Assembly: GCA_965200315.1 (NCBI GenBank)
Contig: OZ241362.1
Coordinates: 5,024,001-5,088,000 of the forward strand
From: Candidatus Latescibacterota bacterium
GTDB taxonomy: Bacteria > Latescibacterota > UBA2968 > UBA8231
DNA length: 64,000 nucleotides
Direction of reading: 5' to 3'
The notes under the pieces are model-generated. The model was not told the DNA's origin. It worked only from the letters and a program-made list of their open reading frames with translations, and made no database searches. Positions 56,007 through 64,000 of this stretch are shown piece after piece. Within the stretch, counting starts at the first letter, position 1. Each line of letters opens with the position of its first letter. The position numbers and the translations under genes are program-made.

Positions 56007-56900
56007 ATGGACCTCTACCAATTGCGCAGTTTCTACGAAATCGTCCGCGAGCAGAGCTTTACGCGGGCGGCCGACAAGCTCTTTCTGACGCAGCCGGCCA
56101 TCAGCCTCCAGCTCAAGGCACTGGAGAACGAACTGGACGAGATGCTACTCGAGCGCAATCGGCGGCAGCTCCGGCTGACGCCGGCCGGTGAGCTCCTCTT
56201 TGCTCATGCGAAGGCGGTTCTCGCCCAGCAGGAGAAAGTGTGCTCCGATATTGCGGCGCTCAGGCAGGTCTTGCGTGGGCGGCTGGCAATCGGGACTAGC
56301 GATACCAACTGCACCTATGTTTTGCCCAGCGTGCTCGCCGAGTTCCGCGCCCGCTACCCGGCGGTCGAGTTGGATGTCCGCAATCGAATGTCGCCGGAGG
56401 TGAGCAACCTAGTGCTCAACGACGAAGTGGCGTTCGGGTTGGCGACCTTGCCGGTCAAGCACCGCGATTTGGTCAGCGAGTCGCTTTTTGAACGGCGGGA
56501 TGTGCTTATTTGCCCCCCGGACCACGCGCTGGGCAAAAGGCGCAGGATAGGGCTCAAACAGCTTGCCGAATATCCGTTCCTAGTCTTGGAACGCGGCAGC
56601 ACGAGCCGGCAGTTGATCGACGCGGTTTTCCAACGGCAGGGCTTGGCGTTGCAGGTCGAAATGACGCTCGGCGGGGTCGAGATTATCAAGCGCTACGTGG
56701 AGATAGGGTTGGGTATTGCGCTGGTGCCGGAGGTGGCGGTGGAAGCAGAAGTCGCCGCCGGGAAAGTACGCGCCATACAGGTCAGTGGATTGGCCAAACG
56801 CCAAATAGGTCTCATTGAGCACCGGCAGCGACGGCGTTCACCGGCGACGGAGGCTTTCTTGGGGCTTTTGCGCGAATTTGTTGCGGCTAGGAAGATTTAA
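56007..56900 (+). CDS. LysR-family transcriptional regulator
   Basis: SFTRAADKLFLTQPAIS.QLK.LE.EL...L.ER.....LT.AG HTH; ERGSTSR; IKRYV..GLGIA.VP. Confidence 0.95.
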   Translation: MDLYQLRSFYEIVREQSFTRAADKLFLTQPAISLQLKALENELDEMLLERNRRQLRLTPAGELLFAHAKAVLAQQEKVCSDIAALRQVLRGRLAIGTSDTNCTYVLPSVLAEFRARYPAVELDVRNRMSPEVSNLVLNDEVAFGLATLPVKHRDLVSESLFERRDVLICPPDHALGKRRRIGLKQLAEYPFLVLERGSTSRQLIDAVFQRQGLALQVEMTLGGVEIIKRYVEIGLGIALVPEVAVEAEVAAGKVRAIQVSGLAKRQIGLIEHRQRRRSPATEAFLGLLREFVAARKI

Positions 56901-56918
56901 TCCGCAGATGAACGCAGA
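56869..56918 (+). repeat. Left ~50-bp direct repeat (includes lysR stop)
   Basis: 48/50 identical to 58255-58304. Confidence 0.9.
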
Positions 56919-56942
56919 TGGACGCAGAGTGCTTGCTGGGAT

Positions 56943-56973
56943 GTCGTTCCCGCGCTCCGCAAGCGGGAATCCA
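56943..56973. repeat. REP-like palindrome GTC.TTCCCGC...GCGGGAATCCA
   Basis: Arms ttcccgc (56947-56953) and gcgggaa (56963-56969). Confidence 0.55.
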
Positions 56974-57016
56974 GTTTGGGTACAGTCTCTAAGTGCCATT
57001 TCTGTTGTTGTCGACT

Positions 57017-58207
57017 TCAAATAGCAAACCACGGCTGCACCGCCACTTTGTTGCGCCGGTACGCACGGTCGCCGCCGTAGATCAGCGAAGCATTCGCAAG
57101 GTCCTGTCCGGCGGTGCGGCTCCACCATGTAAGTGTGGTGAACGCATCGGCACTGACCGTTTGGCCAGACTTGATCTCAATCGGGTAGAGTGCCGATCCC
57201 TGTTCCACCAGCAGATCGACCTCGTGGCCGGTGCGGTCGCGCCAAAAATACAGCGGAGGCTTCTGGCGGTGGTGGTGGAAGGCTTTGGCCGCTTCGGCGA
57301 CTTGGTAATTTTCAAAAAGGGGGCCGCGCAATGGATGGGTGGGCAGCACCCGGGGGTCTTTTATGCCCAGCAAATAACAGGCAAGGCCGGTGTCGTAGAA
57401 GTACAGCTTGGGACTTTTGATCATCCGCTTGTTGAAGTTGCGGTAATGCGGCGGCAGCAGAAAGACGACAAAGCTGGTTTTCAAAACGGATATCCAGCGA
57501 CGTGCCGTATCTACGGCGATGCCGCAATCGCTGGCTAGTGCCGCGCAGTTGAGTACCTGCCCGACCCGACCGGCGCACAAAGCCAAAAATCGCTCAAAGG
57601 CATCCATGTTGCCGATATTGACTAGTGAACGCACGTCGCGTTCGAGATAGGTTTGCACGTAGTCGGGGAGCCATATTGCGGGCGGGATGCGCTGGTCGTG
57701 AATTCGCGGATAGAAGCCGGTGTAGAGGGTCTGCCATAGCTGGAGATGGGTCTTGCGACTGGCCAATAACGTCGCGGGGGTTTCGGGCACCGGCTGGACT
57801 TGGCCTTCGAGTTCGGCACGCGAAAGCGGCAACAGGTGCAAAACGGCGCAACGGCCCGCCAAGGTCTGCACAATGCGATCCATGAGCAGGAAATTCTGCG
57901 AACCGGTCAGCACAAATCGGCCCGTGCTACCGTCTGCGTCAACTCTGCTCTGGATATAGGAAAACAACTCGGGCACCCGCTGGGCTTCGTCCAAAATGAC
58001 CGGGCCGTCGAGTTGGTCGAGGAATCCTCGGGGATCCTCTAAGGCAAAGAGGCGTTGGTCGGGGTCTTCCAAGGAGTAGTAGCTATGCTGGGGGAAGGTC
58101 GCTCTGGCTAAGGTCGTCTTGCCGGACTGGCGCGGGCCGGTGAGGGTAAGCACCGGGTACAAGCGGGCATCGCGCAAAAGATACTGTTGTAGGGTTCGCC
58201 TAATCAT
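57017..58207 (-). CDS. AAA_14 ATPase with DUF4143 (PD-(D/E)XK-like) C-terminus
   Basis: TGPRQSGKTT, ILDEAQ, LTGS, YLERD, KSPKLYFYDTG, G.LFEN, EVD.......PIEIKS. Confidence 0.9.
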   Translation of the reverse strand: MIRRTLQQYLLRDARLYPVLTLTGPRQSGKTTLARATFPQHSYYSLEDPDQRLFALEDPRGFLDQLDGPVILDEAQRVPELFSYIQSRVDADGSTGRFVLTGSQNFLLMDRIVQTLAGRCAVLHLLPLSRAELEGQVQPVPETPATLLASRKTHLQLWQTLYTGFYPRIHDQRIPPAIWLPDYVQTYLERDVRSLVNIGNMDAFERFLALCAGRVGQVLNCAALASDCGIAVDTARRWISVLKTSFVVFLLPPHYRNFNKRMIKSPKLYFYDTGLACYLLGIKDPRVLPTHPLRGPLFENYQVAEAAKAFHHHRQKPPLYFWRDRTGHEVDLLVEQGSALYPIEIKSGQTVSADAFTTLTWWSRTAGQDLANASLIYGGDRAYRRNKVAVQPWFAI

Positions 58208-58254
58208 CTGGCGAATCTACGATTGAATCGTAAATCTGTCAAAGCACCATCTCC

Positions 58255-58304
58255 TGCGCGAATTTGTTGCGGCTGGGAAGATTTAATCCGCAGATGGACG
58301 CAGA
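58255..58304 (+). repeat. Right ~50-bp direct repeat
   Basis: tgcgcgaatttgttgcggctgggaagatttaatccgcagatggacgcaga, a copy of 56869-56918. Confidence 0.9.
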
Positions 58305-58327
58305 ATGATGCTTTAGCTTTGGGAGTG

Positions 58328-59611
58328 CTACAGATACTGCTCGTACACGGCGAGCGTCCCCGCGGCCATAGCATCGGCGTGGAAGCGACGGTGGACCGCC
58401 TCTTGGCCGGTTTGTCCGAGCTGGCGTCGCCGCTTTTCGTCGCGCAGCAAGGCGGCCAGTTCAGTGGCTAGGGCTTCTGCAGAATGGGGGGCGACGAGGA
58501 GACCGCCGCCGGTGGCCGCGATGAGTTCGGGGAATGCGCCGTGGTCGGGCTGGATGACCGGGATGCCGTTGGCTAAGGCTTCGAGGATAGACAGCCCCTT
58601 GGGATCGGCGTACACCGAGGGTACGGAAAAGACGTGGAGCGAGGAGAGGAAGCGGATTTTTTCGCGGCGGTCAACTTCGCCGTGGTAGGTGAACGAGTCG
58701 GCTAGCCCCCAGTCGCGGATTTTTTGCACCTGCTCGGCGAAGTAGGGCTTGTCGTAGGCACTGAGGTAGCCCGCGGCTTCGAGGCGCAGGGAGGCAAATT
58801 CGGGCTGCTCCTTTAACTGCTGAAAGGCATTGACGAGCAGGTGAAAGCCCTTTTCCGGGCAGATGCGGGCGAGGTAGCCGATTTTGTAGGGGCCGTCGGC
58901 GGGCGGGGGCTCTTGCCCGTGTCCGATCAGGTTGAGGCCGAGCGGCACCACGTGGATTTTTGTGTGTGGTATCTGCAGGTACGCGGCCATCTGCTCTTGG
59001 TAATACGCGCACGGGGCGATGAAGGCGTCGATGTCTTGGGCGCGTTGGCGCAGGGTTTTCAGGGCTTGAGACTTCGAGGGTTCGACTAGGCTGTCTAAGA
59101 ATAGGTCCTCGCCTTGGAGGGCGCAGAGGACCGGGACGCCGAGTTGTGCTTTTAATTGCCGGGCCATGCCGACGAACATGGCGTTGGTTAGCTCGATGAT
59201 GTCGGGTTTGAAGTCGCGCTGGAGCCAGGCGATGAGGCGGGTGAGTTCCTTTTGTTGGTTCCCCTCCTCGCCGGCGAGGATTGAGACGGTGAGCGGGCCT
59301 AGCGAGCGGGCATTGGTAGAGGAGCCAAAACGCGCGAGGGTGCGGATCAGGAGCGGCGAGTCGAGGACGCGGTCGAAGAGGCGGTGTGTGCGGCGAAAAA
59401 ACGGCCATTGCTGTTGCAGGAAGATGCTGACGCCACCGTAGAAGACGCGGTCGAGCGCGACGTTTTCCTCGTCCGTGCGCAGCGGCGTATAGGTCGGGAT
59501 GAGGGCGACATCAACGTTGCGGTGCGAGAGGGCGGCCGCCAGCGCGTTGTCGTGAATGCAGCTACCGCAGTACATGCTGGCGGCACCGGCCGTGATGTAG
59601 GCGACGCGCAT
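58328..59611 (-). CDS. Glycosyltransferase family 4
   Basis: GYLARICPEKG, PSVY.DPKGL.ILEALA.G.PV...HGAFPE; N-terminal MYCGSC.HDN. Confidence 0.88.
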   Translation of the reverse strand: MRVAYITAGAASMYCGSCIHDNALAAALSHRNVDVALIPTYTPLRTDEENVALDRVFYGGVSIFLQQQWPFFRRTHRLFDRVLDSPLLIRTLARFGSSTNARSLGPLTVSILAGEEGNQQKELTRLIAWLQRDFKPDIIELTNAMFVGMARQLKAQLGVPVLCALQGEDLFLDSLVEPSKSQALKTLRQRAQDIDAFIAPCAYYQEQMAAYLQIPHTKIHVVPLGLNLIGHGQEPPPADGPYKIGYLARICPEKGFHLLVNAFQQLKEQPEFASLRLEAAGYLSAYDKPYFAEQVQKIRDWGLADSFTYHGEVDRREKIRFLSSLHVFSVPSVYADPKGLSILEALANGIPVIQPDHGAFPELIAATGGGLLVAPHSAEALATELAALLRDEKRRRQLGQTGQEAVHRRFHADAMAAGTLAVYEQYL

Positions 59612-59614
59612 GCG

Positions 59615-61069
59615 TTAGAAGAATTTATCGACGGTGCTTTTGGCCGGTGGCTTGGTCAGTAGCGAGCCGACGACCATGGCCACGGCCGAAGCCGCTAGGA
59701 TCACGGCTACGGGCATGACCCCGGTCATGCCGACCGTATAGCCGGGGACTTTCCACCCCTGAAAGAAGAAATAGCACCACAGCGCGGCCACGGTGAGCAC
59801 CGAGGCCAAGGCGCCGTACTGGGTACTGCGCTTCCAAAAAAGGGCGGCGACGACCACCGGAAAGAGCGCCGCAAAGCCGGTAAAGGACCACACAGCGAGG
59901 GCAAAGATGCTGCGGGCCGAGACCAGCGAGAGCACGTAGGTAACGGCTAAGATGGCGATCACGAAGAGGCGGCCCCACAGCACTTGGGCCTTTTCGCTCA
60001 ACTCGTCGCCCTTGCGGTAGTGGCGGACGATGTCTTGGGTGAACATGTTGCTGATGGAGAGCACCTGCGAGTCGAGCGAAGACATAATGGCGGCAAATAC
60101 TCCGGCGGCGAGCAGGCCGGCTAGGGCACCAGGGGCGTGTAGGTCGATCATCTTGACCAGCACCGAGTTGGCGGCCGCGCCTTTGAGGCCGGGGAAGTCA
60201 ATGCTGCCGAAGATCCCCAAGAGTACGCTGGGGATCCAGACGATGGCGATGCACAGGGGATACAGCATCAGCGGGTAGCGGAAGGTGCGGGCGCTTTGGG
60301 CGGTGAGCCAGTGGGTGAAGAGGTGGGGGAACATGCCCACCGACAGCGGGATGCAGGTGTAGGTTAGCAGTTTGATTGGGCTGATGAGGTCTCCTTTGAT
60401 CAGCAGCTCGGGGTGCGCTGCTGCTACTTGCGCTAGTGCGCTGTCTAGCCCGCCTAACTTATCGACGATGACGAAGAAGGTCGCGCCGCCCAAGACCATA
60501 AAGACTAGGGTTTGGAAGGCGTTGGCCCAGGCTGTGCTTCGCATGCCACCGAAACTGACGTAGGTCAGCACCACCAAGCAGATCAACAGGCCGCCGGCCC
60601 ATTGGGGAATCTGTCCCTTGGTTATTTGGGCGAGGGTGATGCCGCCGCCCATGACGCCGATGAGCAGGTAGGGGATCAGCAGCGCGATCATGACGACGAA
60701 GAGCAGCAGACCCAAGCCGTCGGAGTCCCAGCGGCGGCGGAAGTACTGGACCTGCGTGAGGAGATTGTGGCGCTTGCCGAGTGCCCAGATGCGGGTGCCG
60801 ATAAAGAAGAAAACCGCAGGGATAATCAGGGCCGCGCCCGAAGGCATCAGGGCAAAGACGCCGATACCGGTGTGATAGGCTTCGCCGGAGGCCCCCAAGA
60901 TGGCAAACGCGGTCATGTTGGTGCCAAACAGCGACATCAGCAGCAGGAAGGGGCCGATGGAGCGGCTGGCGACAAAATAGTCCTCGCCCGTGCCGCGAAA
61001 GAAGCGATTGGAGAGGACGCCGATGCAGAGGACTAGGCCGAGGTAGCAGAAGATGATGACTGTGGTCAT
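59615..61069 (-). CDS. Sodium:solute symporter family protein
   Basis: EDYFVASRSIG, GGMRSTAW...FQ, AAIMSSLDSQ, W.R.T..GA. Confidence 0.92.
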   Translation of the reverse strand: MTTVIIFCYLGLVLCIGVLSNRFFRGTGEDYFVASRSIGPFLLLMSLFGTNMTAFAILGASGEAYHTGIGVFALMPSGAALIIPAVFFFIGTRIWALGKRHNLLTQVQYFRRRWDSDGLGLLLFVVMIALLIPYLLIGVMGGGITLAQITKGQIPQWAGGLLICLVVLTYVSFGGMRSTAWANAFQTLVFMVLGGATFFVIVDKLGGLDSALAQVAAAHPELLIKGDLISPIKLLTYTCIPLSVGMFPHLFTHWLTAQSARTFRYPLMLYPLCIAIVWIPSVLLGIFGSIDFPGLKGAAANSVLVKMIDLHAPGALAGLLAAGVFAAIMSSLDSQVLSISNMFTQDIVRHYRKGDELSEKAQVLWGRLFVIAILAVTYVLSLVSARSIFALAVWSFTGFAALFPVVVAALFWKRSTQYGALASVLTVAALWCYFFFQGWKVPGYTVGMTGVMPVAVILAASAVAMVVGSLLTKPPAKSTVDKFF

Positions 61070-61290
61070 GCCGCTTGCTCCTCGTCCTCCGCGTCTAACT
61101 CGGACGGCCAAGCGTAATTGACCAGCAAGATCATTAGCCCGGTGGCGACCGCGCAGAAGCCGATGTGGTAGAGCAAGCCGATGGGCAGCCCCCAGACGAT
61201 GCGCGGATCGTCCCACAGCCAGAGGTCGTTGTGCAGGAGATAGAGGACTAAAATCCCCAAGTAGAGGAGTCGGCGGACGGTGGCGTTCAC
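61066..61290 (-). CDS. Small two-TM partner of the symporter (DUF3311-like)
   Basis: LLHNDLWLWD....WGLPIGLLYHI; ATGA-coupled to the SSS gene. Confidence 0.75.
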   Translation of the reverse strand: MNATVRRLLYLGILVLYLLHNDLWLWDDPRIVWGLPIGLLYHIGFCAVATGLMILLVNYAWPSELDAEDEEQAA

Positions 61291-61321
61291 GGGGTTGCTC
61301 CTGAAGGTTGCGGGGTTAAGG
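61272..61321 (+). repeat. Left 50-bp direct repeat
   Basis: ggcggacggtggcgttcacggggttgctcctgaaggttgcggggttaagg, identical to 63164-63213. Confidence 0.95.
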
Positions 61322-61502
61322 TGTGCAGAGGATGTTGCATAATATCTTCAATGGTTAAAGAATCAACTTCGCAGGGCAGGTATTCCTTGATGGCGACCCC
61401 AGATACGTCATGCCAAAGCCGCCAAACGCCCGCAGCCGATGGCCTTGCGGCAAGGCGTGAAATTTTCAACAAAGTGTCAAGGTCTGTCCAAGGACAGGTC
61501 AC
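61287..61502 (-). other. Chimeric 71-codon ORF ending in the duplicated halogenase C-terminus (LTPQPSGATP)
   Basis: GTGA overlap with the AAA stop at its start and with the DUF3311-like start at its end. Confidence 0.4.
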
Positions 61503-63052
61503 GCCTGCGCCACCTCGAAGGCGAATACATTGCGGCTTTGGCGGTTGAACTCCACTGCGATCAAGTGAATCGGCTCGCCCCGGGCGCGGTATTTGTCGGC
61601 GTAAGCTCGCGCCTGCAACTGCGTCATGGCCGAGCCGGTGGTCGCCGCGACGACCTTGAACTCAAACAGGTACACGTTGCCGTTGAACAACACAGCCATA
61701 TCTAGCCGCCCGTGACTGCTGCTGTCCTCCACGACAAGGTCCAACCCCAGCGATGCGAAGTACGAATAGAACACGCTGGCGTAGTAGCCCTCGTAATCGG
61801 CGATAGGATTCTTCGTGTGCCACTGATAGGGGATGCTGGCGAAGAAGGCTTTGAACAGCACCTCCAGCCCGGCGAAATCGTTGACCAACAACAGATCGTA
61901 GAGCCGGGCGCGGTGCTCGACGAGGCGGGAGGAACGCCCCGCCAGATGGCTCAACAGGCTTGCGTTCAAGCTCTGCTGCACCTCCCGATTCGGATAGCCC
62001 AACCGATAGAACATCTGCCCGAAACGCGGCTCGGTCTGGTGAATGGTCAAATAGCCGGTTTGGAACAGCAGCGCTTCGGTGGCGATATCGCCTACGTCGA
62101 AGGTGGATAACAGGTCGTCGCTGCTGAGTAGGTTGTCTAAGGCCAACGCACTGACGGCGCGGTCCACCAACGTTTGGATCAGAAAGGTCGGCGTACCCGT
62201 CTCAAACCAGTAGGCCCCAAACTCGCGGTTTTTGAACAGCAAGAGGATGTCGAAGGGATTGTACACCTTCTCTGCGCCGCGCCAGCTATAGCCGTTATAC
62301 CAGCGGCGTATCTCGTCTCGGTCTAAGCCGGGCAGTTCGGGGGCGAACACGGTGTTGAGGTCGTCGTCGGTATAGCCGCAGAGCGCCGAGTAGCTCGGGT
62401 CGAGGGTGATGTCGGTAAGGTTGTTGAGGCCGGAAAACAAGCTGACCTTGGAGAATTTGCTGACGCCGGTGAGGAAGGTGAACTTGATGTGGGCGTCGCT
62501 GACCTTGATGACCGCATATAGGCCGCGCAGCAAGTCGCGGTTGGCGCGCGCTATCTCCGGGGCCTCCAAGGCGTCGAGGATGGGCTTGTCGTATTCATCG
62601 ACCAGCACCACCACTCGCTGCCCCGCCCGCTCGTGCAGCACCTCGAGCAAATAGGCGAACCGCCCTGCGGCGGTCCTCGCCTCGGCCACCACCCCAGCCC
62701 GGCGTTCGAGGGCGGTCAACTGATCCAAGAGATTCTCTTGCAAGTAGCCCGGTTCCTTAAAGTGGCCGCTGCCAAAATCGAGTCGCAGCACCGGATAGCG
62801 CACCGACCAGTCCCACCGGTCGTGGATGTAAAGCCCGGCAAACAGCGGCTGGTTGCCCTCGAATAGTTCCTTCAGCATGTCCAGAAACAGGCTCTTGCCA
62901 AAGCGACGCGGGCGCGACAAAAAGTAGTGCTTCCCCTCGTTCAACAGCCGCAGTGCGTAGGGTGTTTTATCGACATAGTAGTACGATTCCTCGCGAATCT
63001 CGCGGAAGGTCTGAATGCCGATGGGCAACTTCCGGCGGTTGGCTGGGAGCAT
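61499..63052 (-). CDS. AAA-ATPase-like protein with C-terminal PD-(D/E)XK (PDDEXK_9-like) nuclease
   Basis: LPIGIQTF..IR....YVDKT, SRPRRFGKSL, LVDEYDKP, WYNGY, WFETGTP, GRLD.......FEFK. Confidence 0.92.
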   Translation of the reverse strand: MLPANRRKLPIGIQTFREIREESYYYVDKTPYALRLLNEGKHYFLSRPRRFGKSLFLDMLKELFEGNQPLFAGLYIHDRWDWSVRYPVLRLDFGSGHFKEPGYLQENLLDQLTALERRAGVVAEARTAAGRFAYLLEVLHERAGQRVVVLVDEYDKPILDALEAPEIARANRDLLRGLYAVIKVSDAHIKFTFLTGVSKFSKVSLFSGLNNLTDITLDPSYSALCGYTDDDLNTVFAPELPGLDRDEIRRWYNGYSWRGAEKVYNPFDILLLFKNREFGAYWFETGTPTFLIQTLVDRAVSALALDNLLSSDDLLSTFDVGDIATEALLFQTGYLTIHQTEPRFGQMFYRLGYPNREVQQSLNASLLSHLAGRSSRLVEHRARLYDLLLVNDFAGLEVLFKAFFASIPYQWHTKNPIADYEGYYASVFYSYFASLGLDLVVEDSSSHGRLDMAVLFNGNVYLFEFKVVAATTGSAMTQLQARAYADKYRARGEPIHLIAVEFNRQSRNVFAFEVAQA

Positions 63053-63163
63053 AGCGATTGTCTCGTTCTCAACGTTCTGTATGCACATCCCTTGGGGCAA
63101 TGCTCAATGACGGTGTTATGCCGTTTGGTATTATTCCTTGATTCATAAGAGTCGGCTATGATT

Positions 63164-63213
63164 GGCGGACGGTGGCGTTCACGGGGTTGCTCCTGAAGGT
63201 TGCGGGGTTAAGG
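63164..63213 (+). repeat. Right 50-bp direct repeat (halogenase stop plus first codons of the DUF3311-like gene)
   Basis: Identical to 61272-61321. Confidence 0.95.
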
Positions 63214-64000
63214 CGATGGCCTCGGGCAGCGGGCAGACCTCGCTCATCGGCCCGAAAATAGGCTCGATGCGTTCGCTGAAGAGGTTGCCGCTGAGTACGT
63301 CGATGACCCCCTGTTTGCATTCGGGATGGCGTTTGAGGAATGCGGCGAAGCTGAAGTCTTTGGAATAGAAGGCGTACACCATTTTGCGCACTGCCTCCAT
63401 GCCGAGTACTAGCTCCGGGCCGAAACCGCCCAACTGCGCGGCCGAAAAGTCTTCTTTGGCAAAGGCTTCGGCGATGGCGTTGGCGGCCATTTCGCCGGAT
63501 TTGAGGGCTAGGTACACGCCCGAGGAATACATCGGGTCGAGAAAACAGAACGCGTCGCCGACCAGCACCCAGCCCTCGCCAGCGATGCGACTGGCGCGGT
63601 AGGAAAAGTCCTTGGTGGTCTTGACTGGGAAGAGTTGCGCGGCGTTTTGCAAGCGCTCCTGCATGGGGCGGCATTTGGCTAACTCTTGCTCGAAGATGGT
63701 CTGCGCGTCTTCGCGGCGGCCTTGAACCAAGTAGGAGATTGCGCCGACCACGCCGACGCTGACCGTATCGTCGGGCAGGGGGATGTACCAGAACCAGGAA
63801 TCCCGGTTCGCGGTGTGGAGAATCAAAGTCGCGCCTTCGTCGATGCCCTCGTCGCGCAGGCCACCGCGATAGTGGGTGTAGATCGAAGCCTTCTTCAGCG
63901 CGGGCTCGGGTTGGGTCAGCTTGAGTTTGCGGCCAATTAGCGCACTCTGGCCGGTGGCATCGACGACGACACGCGCGGTAAAATCGCGGGTTTGGCCGTC
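63179..64000 (-). CDS. Flavin-dependent halogenase-like FAD oxidoreductase (5' truncated by the window end)
   Basis: Frame is open to nt 64000; VVDATG, WFWYIP (WxWxIP halogenase motif), LVGDAFCFLDPMYSSGV. Confidence 0.8.
   Translation of the reverse strand, partial: DGQTRDFTARVVVDATGQSALIGRKLKLTQPEPALKKASIYTHYRGGLRDEGIDEGATLILHTANRDSWFWYIPLPDDTVSVGVVGAISYLVQGRREDAQTIFEQELAKCRPMQERLQNAAQLFPVKTTKDFSYRASRIAGEGWVLVGDAFCFLDPMYSSGVYLALKSGEMAANAIAEAFAKEDFSAAQLGGFGPELVLGMEAVRKMVYAFYSKDFSFAAFLKRHPECKQGVIDVLSGNLFSERIEPIFGPMSEVCPLPEAIALTPQPSGATP

Noticed and set aside
56869-58304. A/G mismatches between the lysR-end repeats as DGR mutagenesis
   Set aside because: Only two differences, the adenines are in the lysR-side copy, one difference can be explained by loss of a 10-bp mini-repeat unit, and there is no RT.
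1-64000. CRISPR array, rRNA/tRNA, transposase, integrase or reverse transcriptase
   Set aside because: None recognised by eye: no regularly spaced repeat-spacer units and no DDE, tyrosine/serine recombinase or RT motifs in the ORFs. A covariance-model scan was not possible.

Overview
64-kb GC-rich bacterial window. Gene content suggests a Latescibacterota/Gemmatimonadota-like FCB-group organism, possibly a sponge symbiont; this is inference only, from the DUF6785-like transporters, FlgD-Ig-tailed secreted proteins and a C-terminal SWGRIK motif. The backbone encodes transport and metabolism: three paralogous OPT/DUF6785-like membrane proteins, trkAH, rhaM, a CFA-synthase-like methyltransferase, a family-5 SBP, an enolase-superfamily enzyme, PhyH, a short purA with a divergent LysR, and a halogenase-SSS-GT4-thioesterase-ABC cluster. 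The main candidate for an undescribed system is a ~17-kb co-directional cluster (17.2-34.1 kb). It holds three paralogous secreted proteins with TPNGDG(V/I)ND-containing C-terminal Ig domains, two ~930-945-aa paralogous putative outer-membrane proteins and a lipoprotein PPIase, and may be a surface secretion/import apparatus. Small defence-type inserts interrupt the backbone, many decayed: a collapsed type I RM locus, an MTase-HNH deletion fusion, a frameshifted HEPN gene and a broken higA. Two single-gene AAA-ATPase cassettes are each flanked by ~50-bp direct repeats with no recombinase in view, and a 59-bp exact copy of distant coding DNA fills the type I RM deletion junction. No rRNA, tRNA, CRISPR array, transposase or integrase was recognised. 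All family calls are motif recognition by eye, not database searches.
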